Counted from the stretch's first letter, positions 1-12,245 are shown. The stretch: 64,000 nt of DNA from Sphyrna mokarran (GCA_024679065.1 JAGIQG010000019.1:16616001-16680000), one strand, 5' to 3'. Translations and numbers: made by a program. The notes: generated from the letters alone by a model not told the origin.

Positions 1-440
1 GGATTCCCTCACTGACTAAACATACTTAATAACCCAATCTCTACTACCCTCTGCAGGAAAGAATTCCACAGATTCACCACTCTCAGAGAGAAACATTGCC
101 CCTCATTTTTTTCTTAAATGGGCGACCTCTGACTTTGAGATTTTACTCTCTCCTTCAAGATTCTCTCACAATGGGAAACAACCTCTCAGCAAATACTCTT
201 CAAACCCATGGAAAATTCTATATGTCTCAATAAAGTTGCTGCTCATTCTTCTGAACTCCAATGAGTATAGCCCAAATTACTCAACCTCTCCTCATAAGAA
301 AATCCCTCCATTCCCAGGATCAACTTAGGGGACTTTCTGTGGACTGCCTCCAATGCCAGTATATCTTTCCCTACAGAAGGGGACCCAAGTTGTTCAGTTT
401 TCCAGGTGTCTAACGAGTGACTTGCACAGTTTCAGCAAGA
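1..440 (-). mobile_element. Degenerate CR1-type LINE 3' fragment
   Basis: Similar to the other CR1 3' regions in the window (gaattccacagattcaccactctc, ctcaacctctcctcataag); boundaries approximate. Confidence 0.6.
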
Positions 441-1558
441 CTTCCCTATTTTATAAAACAAACATCGTCCTTTCACTCCTCACCTCAACATACTCGCTAT
501 CTTCCATCCATGCCAACCTGTGCTCCCCTTGGCTGTCATACCTCCACGTTCCTCTACCTACCCCTTCTGGATCCTGTTAAGACTTCATGCCAGCTTAGTG
601 CCAACTCATACCAACCACCATTCTTTGCCCTTAGTCCTTTCATGCCAATTCATCCAATATCCTTGGACACTTCCTGGGCAGCTTTGACACATCCTGGAGA
701 GCCGACAGTTCTTACATGTTTGTGTGTATAAAGCACATAATCAGTTTTAAGTATAACAATCCTAAAGGACATCTTACTTCCAAAAGGGGATCTTGGCTCT
801 CCCGGTGAGTGTCCCACCTCTTGCAAAAATGCCCCTCAGAGTGTTCGCTGTAGAATTTGGCATCCAGTCAAATCTCCATTCACTGCAGCGGGATGGGAAA
901 ATCCTGCAGGCATGAACGGTGGTAAGATTCCGGCTTAAATTTCAGAGGCAATGAGCTACCCTACTTCTCCAAGAGGCCACCCTGGCTATCCAAATGAATC
1001 CATTAAGTTCAGACCCTCTCTTATCTGGTCTGGTCAGCACACTCTGAGACAAGGTTCAGAAACTGGAAATCAGTGAAGGCAGCTGCTGATTAAAATGGGC
1101 AGTTGCTTCCATAATTCATGCATGCACAAACCCCAGCCCAATTCCAGACCCAAACCCAGGACGATGACAAATGCCAAGTTCGGACACAGACTTTGAAATT
1201 TCAGGGATGTCCTTCATGACAGAGAACCTTTCCGTTGTGGAAATAAATTGGAGTTAGCGGAGTTGATATTCTTCAATCTTACCCTGCCAGTCATCTTCTT
1301 CATGAATCTAGGATTAAGAAATAGTTGCTCAGTTTCAATAAGCGACTGTGTAGTCAGAATGGGTGCAGCATCAGCATTTATTAGAGTTGTGGGGAATGGG
1401 GGGAATGGCAGAGTTGATCAAGCTAGACAACCTGACAGCTGTTGGAGACAGATGCCAGCTCAAATCCAAAAAGCTGCAGAGGTCATCCCTTTCGGAGACG
1501 GACTTTACTGCTGCCTTGAATCTTGCAGGTTATTCCACGATGAGTGAGACCTACACAA

Positions 1559-1779
1559 AGGACTCTCCCACTTCCCTGTGAAATTTCAATTTCCTTATTG
1601 GACTCTCTCTCCTCCTGTGAAGTTGCAATTTCCTCATTGGACTCTCCCACCTCCCTGTGAAATTGCAATTTCCTTATTGGACTTTTTTTCCTCCTGTGAA
1701 GTTGCAATCTCCTCATTGGACTCTCCCTCCTCCTGTGAAGGTACACATATCCTCATTGGACTCTCCCTCCTCCTGTGGA
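1559..1779. repeat. Minisatellite, ~39-40 bp unit, ~5.5 copies
   Basis: Repeats of ggactctccctcctcctgtgaagttgcaatttcctcatt with alternating variants. Confidence 0.9.
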
Positions 1780-2399
1780 GCTGGACATCATTATCTGTCA
1801 ATTGTACAAATTGTTGGAAGATCAGGCAATAGGAACTGTTCAGATTCCATTAAGCGATGAATGACCTCTTCCAGGAATTAGTAGCTCCAGAAACATTCAA
1901 AAGTTTGCCTCATAAGCAATCAGGGATGGGCAATAAATGATGACTCAGTAGGAATGCTCACATCCCACAAAATAATAAAAAGATTTCTTTCACCCAGGTG
2001 CACCTTTGTGCGAGTTACGTACACATTATGCATTTCCAAAATGGATAGGCATTTGTGATAAAGATGTAAGGGGTTACCTTACATACTTTTTTTATGCACA
2101 GGAATGAACTTTACGGTTCTTGAATTCTTATGCATGTATGGAAGATTTGAATATTTCAAAACACTATATTCCAAGATCTGCTTTGACCTTCACCTACAAA
2201 TATATGTAGATTTTGTCAAAGAAATTTAACCAGATAAGTAGAAAATGTAGTAGTTTATGGTCTCGCAACAGATTGGATTCCTTTGGAGACTTATTGCTAT
2301 ATAAACATGGTGTGAATGAAACTGTTAGTGTGACTTTGGCGGGATAATTCTCTACATAATAGCATGGTGGAAAATAAGCAAGTCATGAATTTTGCAAAA

Positions 2400-2715
2400 T
2401 CAAGGAATTGTTACAGCCATTCAGCCCAATGTGTTTCTATCAGCTCACTGAATGAGCATTTCAGAATGCCATTCTCCTATCTTCTTCCTGTAACCCTACA
2501 CATTGTTTCTTTTCAAATAATTATCTAATTCCCTCCTGAATATCTCTATTGCAGCTTCCTCCAAAACACTCCTAAACAATGCATCCGGACCTTAAGCACT
2601 CATTGTGTGATTTTTTTTCTCATATTGCTTTTGTTTCTTTTATCAATTACCTTAAATCTGTGCCTCTGGTTCTCGATCCTTCTACCAATAGAAACAGTTT
2701 CTCCATATCTACCCA
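2400..2715 (-). mobile_element. Degenerate CR1 LINE 3' end
   Basis: gccattcagccc...ttatctaattccctc...ttaaatctgtgcctctggttct resembles a CR1 3' end. Confidence 0.55.
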
Positions 2716-2800
2716 GGCAAAAAATATGAATGAGATATATGCTTATTGGGTTTAAGTGCAGTATATGCTTCACAAAAATCTACATTGTTTTTCCACTTAG

Positions 2801-3047
2801 ATACGCCATGCGCCAATACTCAAGTCTTTGAGAATGACATGAGGATCTGTAATCGCACCTGTCGATCACTTTCTGAGTACGATTACACCTGCATAGTTAA
2901 GGATGTCCCAGTTTACGGCTGTGGATGTCCTGAAGGAAAGTACATGGATAACTCTGGAGCTTGTATTGATAAATCAGACTGCCCCTGTATTATTGGTGAT
3001 ATGATTATCAAAGAAGGGCAGAGTATTACTCTGAACGGTCAAATCTG
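2801..3047 (+). CDS. muc19: Mucin exon: TIL/E of D2 (DTPCANTQVF...CGCPEGKYMD...CPC...GQIC)
   Basis: ttccacttAG acceptor, GTaagt donor, TIL cysteine pattern; phase 1-2. Confidence 0.93.
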
Positions 3048-3127
3048 GTAAGTATCTTTACCATATTGTGCAAGTTTCAGGTAAATAATTAAACATGTGT
3101 TAAATATAACTCTGTTATTCCATTCAG

Positions 3128-3183
3128 CATTTGTGAAAATGGGAAGCCTTACTGTTCAATAGCTCCAACAACCGCACGTCCAG
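3128..3183 (+). CDS. muc19: Mucin exon: E2 end and linker (ICENGKPYCSIAPTTARP)
   Basis: cattcAG / GTgagc; TG+C across the junction gives Cys; phase 2-1. Confidence 0.88.
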
Positions 3184-3297
3184 GTGAGCAATTGCTTTGA
3201 TTTTTCCAGTTACGATGGTATAAATTAATATCCCAATTTGAATCCAAATGAATGGTCATCTCTAAACAAACAATTGGATTTTTTTTCTCTTTTCCAG

Positions 3298-3383
3298 GAT
3301 GCCTGAATGGGAAAGTGTATTTTGACTGTAGAAATGTGGATAGCTATTGTGCAAAGACCTGCAAAAACTACAATAAGCCATGT
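3298..3383 (+). CDS. muc19: Mucin exon: TIL' start (GCLNGKVYFDC...CAKTCKNYNKPC)
   Basis: Polypyrimidine tract + ccAG / GTaagc; phase 1-0. Confidence 0.9.
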
Positions 3384-3724
3384 GTAAGCAAAATTTGTAT
3401 ATTTATATTTTAATTGTTCTCTTGAAGTTTTCAATGCACAATAATTCTGAATTGTTGATATTTAAAAATTCATATTATTTCATATTTCATTGTTCTTCAA
3501 TGCAATGCTATATTGTTCACTTGTGGTCTCAATGGAATGGGACATGTGCAATATTTAGATTATGCAGAATTCTGTTCTTGTGCTAATCTCATAATATTTC
3601 ACCTCAGAGTAAGGACTGCTGTGTAAAATGAGTAGTTATGAGTTTGTGTATATCTGCGCTGTTTGCTTTTCAATTGGACATAACAGCAAGCTGAAAATAA
3701 ATCATTTTATGTCTTTGCTAAAAG

Positions 3725-3876
3725 TCGGCTAGCCGCTGTGTCCCTGGCTGCATATGTCCTGCTAACCTCGTGGAAGATGACAATGGGAGATGCATTGCTC
3801 CTGAAAAGTGCCCTTGTTCATACGGAGGAGAAATCTATGCTCCCGGAATCACAATTGCAAAGGATTGCAATAACTG
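3725..3876 (+). CDS. muc19: Mucin exon: TIL'/E' (SASRCVPGCICPANLVEDDNGRCIAPEKCPC...DCNNC)
   Basis: aaAG / GTgaga; classic D' cysteine spacing; phase 0-2. Confidence 0.9.
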
Positions 3877-4124
3877 GTGAGATTAAACAATTGAAAAAAT
3901 TAACCAACATCCCTGAACAAATTACAGTGTTTATTTTTGCATCATATTATATAATATTGCCACATGGAACTGACAGCACAGAAACAGATCATCTCACTGA
4001 ACTACTGCTGATGCATATGTTTCTCCCATCCTATTTCATCTCATTCTATGAGTATATCTTCATATTCTTTTCTCCCTTATACACTAAAGCAGGTCCTCTT
4101 TATAAATTATTTGTGTAAATTATT

Positions 4125-4446
4125 CATGGAATTCCTACAGTGCAGAAAGAGGCCATTCGGCCTGTCGAGTTTGCACCATCTCTCTAACAAAGTTTCTTTC
4201 CCATGTCCACTCTATCCCTGTAACCCCACACATTTCCCTCACTAATCCCCTTTATTTTGACACTAAGGAGGAATTTAGCAAGGCCAATCCATCTAATTTT
4301 CACATTTTTGGGGCTGTGGGAGGAAACTAACACAATATGGGGAGAATGCACAAAATCCATGAAGATATTCACCCAAGACTGGGATCAAATCCAGGTTCCT
4401 GGTTCTGTGAGGCAACATTGCCAACCACTATGTTACTGTCCCGCCC
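4125..4446 (-). mobile_element. tRNA-derived SINE (HE1-like, elasmobranch)
   Basis: Tail cctacagtgcagaaagaggccattcggcc; homologous to the SINEs at 10.9, 18.3, 21.5 and 25.8 kb. Confidence 0.8.
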
Positions 4447-4829
4447 TAACCCTCATATGACAGAAAGTTTTATATTCAAACCAGATTCCAAGTAAACAAG
4501 TTTCTCTGGTATTCTGTTCTTCCCAGGTCCATGTCCTAAGAGGGTATTGGTGACCATGGACTTCAATTGGATTGGTCCATGATTATTCTTGGCAGAACAC
4601 TGCAATGATTTGCAGTTTGACCAGAGTGAACGTTGTTACTAGGCAGGAACATACTGATAATTAACCTGTTTGGCCATGTTACGAACATAACTTCCAAGGT
4701 GACCAAGTCTCAGAGTGGACTTGAACCCACAGCTTTTGACCCAGAAGTAGGGATGCTACCATTGCATCACAAGACCTGCCATTATTCCCTATTGGATTTA
4801 TTAACAACTATATTTGTGGAACTCAATTT

Positions 4830-5055
4830 TGAACTCCCCACAAGTGGAAATATCTGTTGATCAACTCCCTCATTATATTAAAGATCTCTATTGGGCCATT
4901 CCCACAGCTTTCCTTTTTGAGAGAAAGAAGCCTTAGACTATTCAGTCTTTCCTGATAGTTATTGTCTCTCAAATACAGCATCATGGAGGTGTTTGTTTCT
5001 GATTGCATCTTTTCTAGTGTCTCAATATCCCTTTAGTAATTAGGAGACCTGAACT
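4830..5055 (-). mobile_element. Degenerate CR1 LINE fragment
   Basis: Minus-strand peptide NYQERLNSLRLLSLKK...IEIFNIM matches the CR1 ORF2 C-terminus. Confidence 0.6.
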
Positions 5056-5091
5056 AGTGAGTATTGCTTTTGATGTTATTTTATATTACAG

Positions 5092-5230
5092 CACATGCAA
5101 GTCCGGAACCTGGGAGTGCACCAAGAAAATGTGTGCAAAGGAATGCCTAGTTTACGGAGATGGCCATTATGTAACCTTTGATGGAAAAAGATACAGCTAT
5201 AATGGCAACTGTGAATATATTTTGGTTGAG
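5092..5230 (+). CDS. muc19: Mucin exon: E' end, VWD3 start (TCKSGTWEC...CLVYGDGHYVTFDGKRY...CEYILVE)
   Basis: tacAG / GTaagt; GDGHYxTFDG VWD motif. Confidence 0.95.
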
Positions 5231-5268
5231 GTAAGTTGGGTTGGGAACATGTTGTGTCAAAACATGAT

Positions 5269-5403
5269 GGCTGCAATCTTACCACTGTTCACGTTGGCGG
5301 GATTTTCCCATCCTATCACAGTGAGCGGAGACTTGACCAACTGCCAAATTCTCCAACCTCGCTGCAACGGGAGCGAAGCGTGAACAGGTGATAAGATTGT
5401 GCC
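5269..5403. mobile_element. Short TIR (MITE-like) element
   Basis: ggctgcaatcttaccactgttcacg ... cgtgaacaggtgataagattgtgcc, ~25-bp imperfect TIRs. Confidence 0.65.
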
Positions 5404-5714
5404 TGATGTCTTTGTGTGGCTAAAAAAAATTCTCAAAAGTCAATGATAATTTACATTCCTTTCTCATGATGCCATTGGGGAACCTGTGACGGAGGCCAAC
5501 TTTGAAGGAGCTGGAAGATCCCACCAACGGAAAGGACTAGAGAATTCCATCCAGAGAACAAGTGCTTGTATTTCTGCTGGTGTATCATTTGGAATGCTAA
5601 ATTATACAATATTCATGATAATGATATGGTATAAATATGCAGGTTCAGAGATTAGCTTATTTATTAAACAATGTTAGCATATCATTACACAAATCCCTTT
5701 GTGATTCATTGCAG

Positions 5715-5819
5715 GATCGATGCAATCAAGGTGCTGGCACAATCCAAATACTAATAGAGAGCGTCCCATGCTGTGAAAAAGGAGTCACATGCTCAAGGAA
5801 TATCAGAATTCTATTTGAG
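5715..5819 (+). CDS. muc19: Mucin exon: VWD3 (DRCNQG...VPCCEKGVTCSRNIRILFE)
   Basis: tgcAG / GTatct; phase 0-0. Confidence 0.92.
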
Positions 5820-5965
5820 GTATCTTTTTTCCAGTCCATCAATCTGCATTCACTCAAATGTTCTACCTGTGTTGTATTATAATATTGCATTCCCTTGATT
5901 TCTAACATGTCTATTGCGATCGTACATGATTTTATGCACAACCTAAATCATTGGGGTTTCTTTAG

Positions 5966-6157
5966 GATATCGAATTCAAGCTAACTGATGGCAAAGTGAT
6001 TCAAGCTGTGATGCCTCAGAGCCAATCCAAGTGCCCAGAAGAACCCTATTCACTGCACACTGTTGGACTCTACCTAATCATTAAATTTTCCAGTGGGATC
6101 ACTGTGATATGGGACAAACGCACAAGGGTTTCAGTCACACTGGATCCAACATGGCAG
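5966..6157 (+). CDS. muc19: Mucin exon: VWD3 (DIEFKL...VGLYLIIKFSSGITVIWDKRTRVSVTLDPTWQ)
   Basis: tttAG / GTaagg; VWD WD motif. Confidence 0.93.
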
Positions 6158-6209
6158 GTAAGGTTGTGGTTCAAAACATTAACACTTTCTCATTTGGACT
6201 AATTTATTC

Positions 6210-7385
6210 AAGAATAAAGAACAATACAGCACAGGAAACAGTCCCTTTGGTCCTCTAATGCTGTGTCGTACATTGGTCCAACTAGACCATTTGTTTGTAT
6301 CCCTCCATTCCCAGGCTGCTCATGTGATTATCCAGGTAATTCTAAACAATGCCAGCATGTCTGCTTCCAACACTCTACTTGGCAGCGCATTCCAGGCCCC
6401 CACCATCCTCTGTGTAAAAAACGTTCCTCTGATATCAGAGTTATACCTCACCTCTCTTACCCTGAGCCCATAACCCCTCGTGATAATCACCTCCAACCTG
6501 GGAAAAAGCTTCCGACTATTCACCCTATCTATACCCTTCATAATTTTGTACACTTCTATTAGGTCTCCCCTCATTCTCCATCTTTCCAGGGAGAACAACT
6601 CCAGTCTACCCAATTTTTTCTCATAGTTAAGACCCTCCATACCAAGCAACATCCTGGTAAACCTTCTCTGCACTCTCTGTAAAGCTTCCACATCCTTCTG
6701 GAATTGGATGCAGTACTCCAAATGTGGCCTAACTAGCGTTCTATACAGCTGCAACATCAGACTCCAGCTTTTATATTCTATACCCTTTCCTATAAAGGCA
6801 AGCATACCGTATGCCTTCTTCATCCGCTTCTCCACCTGTGCTTCCACCTTCAGGGATTTGTGGACTTGCACATCTGGGTCCCTCTGTGTTTCTATATTCT
6901 TGATAGCCCTGCAATTTATTGTATAGCTCCCCCCTACATTAGTTCTTCCAAAATGCATCACCTCACATTTATCTGGATTAAATTCCATCTGCCATTTCTC
7001 CGCCCAATTTTCCAGCCTATCTACATCCTGCTGTATTGTTCAACAATGTTCATAGCTATCTGCAAGTCCAGCCATCTTTGTGTCATCCGCAAACTTGCTG
7101 TTCACACCAGTTACACCTTCTTCCAGATCATTTATATATATATCACAAATAGCAGAGGTCCAATACAGAACCCTACGGAACACCACTGGTCACGGACCTC
7201 CAGCCGGAAAAAGATCCTTCAACTGCTACCTTGTCTCCTGTGGCCAAGCCAGTTTTCTACCCATCTAGCCACCTCTCCTTGTATCCCATGAGTCTTAACC
7301 AACCTGCCATGAGGGACTTTGCCTTACCGAAATCTATGTAGATGACATCCAATGCCCTTTCTTCGTCAACCATTTTTGTCACCTG
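6210..7385 (-). mobile_element. CR1/HER1-like LINE, 5'-truncated (RT C-terminus)
   Basis: ORF 6320-6988 (MEFNPDKCEVMHFG...LYRTLVRPHLEYC...RGDLIEVYKIM...WNALP) is typical CR1 ORF2. Confidence 0.93.
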
Positions 7386-7479
7386 AAAATTTGTCAGGAA
7401 AGAGCAACCATTTCAGTCATTGAGAACACGTTTGTTTGCAAAGACAAAGGTGATAATGATTCCCATATTATGCACCACA

Positions 7480-8872
7480 CACACCGCAGAGAATTACAAC
7501 GAAAACATTTACGGATTTGGATTCTCCCGCCCCTGTTTTCGGCAGGCGGATAACGGGAAGAGGGTGAGAATGAAGGAAGGGGTGATGGAGAATCCAACTG
7601 GAATTCCCAAAGAGCTTTCACACTGGCAGGATTTCCCAGTGTCACCACCTCCATCCCCATCAATCATGTAATGAGGTTCTCACCACGAACGGTTAGAAAC
7701 ACTATTATCATACATTGGCATAATGTTAGCGAGCTTCGCTGCTGTATCATCCCCGCCTCACCATGCGTTGGGTTTACAACAGCTTTTTACAGATGGGGAT
7801 CTGGCGAGAAAAGCTGGTAGTGGATCCAACAGACAGCACATATACCTTTTTCCCGTCTAAGTTGACGGAATGTTGAACTCAGCATACCTGAGGAAAAGAA
7901 CAATATTTTTTCTTTGGCCTATGGTCTGGAATTGTAATTTCCATGATGTAGAGATGCCGGCGTTGGACTTCGTCATTTGCCTGACGAAGACACAAAGGCC
8001 GAAAGCTAGCAAGTTTACTATCAAATAAATCGGTTGGATTTAAAATTGGTGTTGTCAGGCCTCTTATTGTAATTTCCATCACCAGGGGCTGGGATTCATC
8101 TCAAAACTATTCGAAGTCCCTGAAACCCAGGGAAAAAGGTAGTAAATATTTTGTGTGTCACAGACGACCCTAGCGAGATTCAGTCTGGAAATCCGGGGGC
8201 GGGATCTATTCCCGCTGGAAAGGCTAACAGAAGTGCGCAATGCGCATGCGCCTATTTTCAGTATGTAGGGAGGTTGATACATGTGCGCTGGACCCGCATT
8301 ACATCACTGCAGACCGTTGGCCAGCCCCGTACCCTTCCCTGCCCCCATCACTGGCCTTCTAACCCCGCACCCTCCCCCGTTGCTGGCCTTCGAAAGCTGC
8401 GTCCCTCAGATTGCTGGCCTCCCTTGGGCAGTGATAGTTTGACCCTTTGGCAGTGCCATGAGATTAGGCTGGCATTGCCAGGCTGACACTGCTCAAAGGG
8501 AAAGCCTACCCCCCCCCCCCCACCTTCCCTTACCCTCAACCTCCGGGGATGGGAAAGAGGTCTCAATGCCCTCTCCCCTCCAACAGTGTCGGGCTGCCTG
8601 TTCCCCTTTAGTGGAGTAAGCCCTGCTGGACAGAACCACGTCCGGGGAGGGTTGGGGGAGGGGGCGTGGGGGAGATGCTAGCATGTCCAGAGACTTCAGC
8701 CCCAAGTCCACTAATGAAATGGAAACGAGGATTTCCATCTTGTAATCGGCTTGGCACAGAGCTGATTACACTGGAAATCTAGATCGAGGAGGTGCTCAGC
8801 ATCCAGCGGGATGCTGCAAAACAGCTCCCGTTAATGTCTCTTGGCCCGCTGCGCTACTGAGAGAATCACCCA
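7480..8872. mobile_element. GC/CpG-rich composite interspersed repeat of unknown class, containing a Penelope-type tail at ~7830-8065
   Basis: Sharp GC/CpG rise; no recognisable ORF; boundaries approximate. Confidence 0.4.
7975..8014 (+). ncRNA. Minimal type I hammerhead ribozyme motif (Penelope-type)
   Basis: ATTTGC-CTGACGA-a-gacacaaaggcc-GAAA-gc-TA-GCAAGT: complete core, 6-bp stem I, weak stem II. Confidence 0.65.
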
Positions 8873-9798
8873 CCCCTCCCCAAATGCTTTAAGGTAAAGA
8901 ATCACCCACTGCATCATCCCCCCCCCCTCAAATGTTTTAAGGCAAAGCTATCCCACCAATGAAAGTGAATCAAGTTCACTGAACCTTGTGACACAAAAGG
9001 AATTATAGTGGCCAGGATTCTCTAATCTCATTCACTCCAGCATCAATGCCAACAAGAATGGATAATTTGGCACTCAGTCAAATCACCACTCATAGCAGTA
9101 GGACTGAAGAATCTGAGCTGCAGGAAAGGTTGGAGAATTCTAGCCAGTGTTTTTGGACATTTGAAGGATGAACAGTTGAAAATTATATAATTGATAATTC
9201 TGGGAATGTGAATTTCCTAGCTCAAACCTGAGTTTTTCTAGAAATGTACTGTTGAAGAACAGATCTAGCTGACAGCCATTCCAAACATGCAAATATTCTT
9301 CCATCACTCTCAAATCAAGAATATCAACCCTGTGGTTAGCTGAATGAAACAACATCAAGGAAAAGCCTTTCGCCTTCAATGTTCTGGCATCAGGCATCAG
9401 ACCTCAGGAGCTGATGACAGAATGTCGAGCGTGAAGGAGAGTTTTGACAGTCTCTTTGGGTTGCAGCCAGAAATCGGCTTCCTTGCCAAGCCTACCTTGC
9501 CAGTCAACTCAGTGATGGAACTGACCCATTTTCCTGCTGCCTGCATCCACTTCTCAGGGACCCATGAGCTGGTGAGATGTAGCTGTCTGATTTGTGGCTG
9601 GCAGGAGGCCATGTCTCACACTGGCACCAGTGAGGTGGAGGCTCTAACAGCTCTGCTGAACTCATATTCATTTTGGGAACTACTTTAAAGTTGCCCCATC
9701 ATTGACTACTTCAAAAAGTGTTGGTGTGATGGAAATTATGATTTATTACGTGAATATATATTGTAATATGTTAATATATATGCACACATTTATTTCAG

Positions 9799-10038
9799 AA
9801 CAAAATATGTGGTCTGTGTGGAAATTTCAATGGTGATGTTTCAGATGATCTAACAACAAAAGAAAAGTCTGTGGTGACAAACATGTTGGAATTTGGAAAC
9901 AGCTGGAAGTCAACATTGTCCTGTTCAAATGCAGTAAATCAAACATTTCCCTGTGACAGAAACCCTTACTGTTTAGCATGGGCTCAAAGGAAGTGTGGCA
10001 TCATCAAGGAACCTGTCTTTCAAAAATGCCACAAGAAG
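9799..10038 (+). CDS. muc19: Mucin exon: VWD3 end, C8-3 start (NKICGLCGNFNG...EFGNSWK...QKCHKK)
   Basis: ttcAG / GTaagt; CGLCGN and FGNSWK motifs. Confidence 0.95.
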
Positions 10039-10135
10039 GTAAGTTGATCATCAAATATGTTACTTTGTAATTGGAGTGTATCCTCATTCAGGGTATCTTG
10101 TGACTTCTGATACTGTATCTTAACATGTCCATCAG

Positions 10136-10292
10136 GTTGATCCTACGCCATTCTATGAGGCCTGTATCCAAGAAGCTTGTGCCTGTGACTTGGAAGGGAA
10201 ATATCTGGGTTTCTGCACAGCCGTCGCAGTGTATGCTGAAGCTTGTAACAAAGCTGGCGTCTGTATTCGCTGGAGAACCCCTGACTTGTGCC
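10136..10292 (+). CDS. muc19: Mucin exon: C8-3 ([30 protein letters not shown]...WRTPDLC)
   Basis: atcAG / GTaagg; WRTPDLCP motif. Confidence 0.95.
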
Positions 10293-10637
10293 GTAAGGAT
10301 TTGCATTATTGGGAATTGAGGAGCATTGTAAAATTTATTTTATACATTTGCTCAAATGGGGTGCTGCAAGGACACATTAAAAATAACACATAAAGATCAG
10401 AGGGAGATCGGGCTTGAGGTAGTGATCTGATTATGGATAGAAAATTGTTTAAAAGCTAAACATTAGAGGGACGGATACACTGGGACAGTTCACTACTGCC
10501 GTTAGGTGCAGTCAAGATCACAGCTGACCTGTTGAATTGGACATGAGGACCAAAATGGGATTCTCACTAAGTGTCAAACTCATTGCGGATCTCTCTGCTC
10601 ACTGCGTCAGCCCCAGTAAAGTACCCATCCAGAGCAG

Positions 10638-10776
10638 GCAGGATAAAAGCAAATTACTGCGGATGTTGGATCTGAAACCAAAAGGGAAAATGCTGGAAAA
10701 TCTCTGCAGGTCTGGCAGCATCTGTAAGAAGAGACAAAAGCTGCCATTTCAAGTCTAGGTGATCGTTGTCAAAGCA
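10638..10776 (-). mobile_element. Penelope-type terminal fragment with a decayed hammerhead core
   Basis: aaagcaaattactgcggatgttgga...cagcatctgt; homologous to 30435-30540. Confidence 0.55.
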
Positions 10777-10899
10777 GACAGGAACCTGACTAATATCTTT
10801 TAAATGTCATTTCAATGCCTTGGAGAGGATCTGGTGATAACATCTCAGCATCTGATCTGTAGCCAAGGGATTTAAACTAATAGTGCCCTGACAAAAAGA

Positions 10900-11222
10900 C
10901 TCATAGAATCAGACAGGCCCACTAGTCTTCTTCTGCACTATCAAGTCTGCACCAACCACAATCCCACCCAGGCTCTATCCCTCTGACCCCATACATTTAC
11001 CCTAGCTAGTCTCCCTGACCCCAAGGGGCAATTTAGCATAGCTAATCCACCTAACCTGCACATCTTTGGACTGTGAGAAGAAATCAGAACACCAGAGGAA
11101 ACTCACATGGACACAGGGAAAACATGCTAACCCTGCACAGACAGTGACCCAAGCCGGTAATTGAACCTGGATCCCTAGCACTGTGAGATAGCAGTGCTAA
11201 CCACTGTGCCACCATGCCATCC
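10900..11222 (-). mobile_element. tRNA-derived SINE (HE1-like)
   Basis: Reverse complement begins ggcatggtggcacagtggttagcactgct (A box), then ggttcaattacc (B box). Confidence 0.85.
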
Positions 11223-11699
11223 AAGGTCGATTGAGTGATAATCAAACCACACTGCTTAAAATATTAAAGAGCATCGACAAGAGAGGAAAATAAACCTCTC
11301 TTTTCATTGTCCAACAAGTACAGTAGAAAAGGAAAAAATTAAAAATGTTACTTAGAAATGTTAATTGAATCCAAAGAAAACGCACCTCGCAAGGTTTTTG
11401 AGAATATGGAATGCACTGATCCACAAAGCTGCGGTAATAAAACCAATTAAATATTTTAAAAGGGAGAGAAATACTTGGAAAAGATGTAGATGGATAAGAA
11501 GGAACTTGAATTGAGAAGATAAAATTACCTTTTCTAACAGAAATATGCATCCAGACTTTTGTTTTGAAATCAAACTGACTGAAAGGTCATGCTTGTACCA
11601 TATATCCCTTTTAATTCAATGCAGATAGTCCTTTCTGAGAATCTTTCATAGATTCTGCAACTTGCTTTAGTTGACCATATAATTACTTCTGTTTTGCAG

Positions 11700-11825
11700 C
11701 TGTGTACTGTGACTATTATAACAATCCTGATGAATGCAGTTGGCATTATCACCCATGTGGAAAGTTAACAACAAAAACGTGTTCAGATCATTACATTGGG
11801 AAGAAATACTCTGCAATACTCGAAG
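11700..11825 (+). CDS. muc19: Mucin exon: TIL3 ([21 protein letters not shown]...ILE)
   Basis: tgcAG / GTttaa; CDYYN..C.WHY.PCG motif. Confidence 0.93.
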
Positions 11826-12245
11826 GTTTAAACTACATTATTATCCCTTTATATGATCAGATAATATTTTTGTTCTCAGTGTTTAGATATTGTACATTTA
11901 GTTCATAATGGCTATTTTTTGGATTTAAAATCATTATTCTGTTACTTTTGTCATACATTTTCTACAACTTGATAAAAATGTAAAAGGATATTTCTAGCAA
12001 ATTCAGTGAAACAAAGTGACTCTAATTTTGTTCAGCATTCAATAGGTTTGACAATTTTGAGTTCTGATTTTTACTTCAAATAATTATATATTTATGGAAG
12101 AATCGTGAATGTGGAGCAAATTTAATAATTCCATGACTTAACATGAATATGGGTGTAATTAAACTCAATAATTAGCATAAATGGCTTTAACATTTGCTGC
12201 TGAAATTCTTAGCATCACATGTTATTTTCTTGTTATTCGACATAG

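Noticed and set aside
1248-1581. Short ORFs upstream of the first mucin exon
   Set aside because: No recognisable domain, no mucin cysteine pattern and no convincing splice sites.
6320-6988. Host protein-coding gene on the minus strand (222 aa), and likewise 38572-39123 on the plus strand
   Set aside because: Both are C-terminal fragments of CR1 LINE ORF2.
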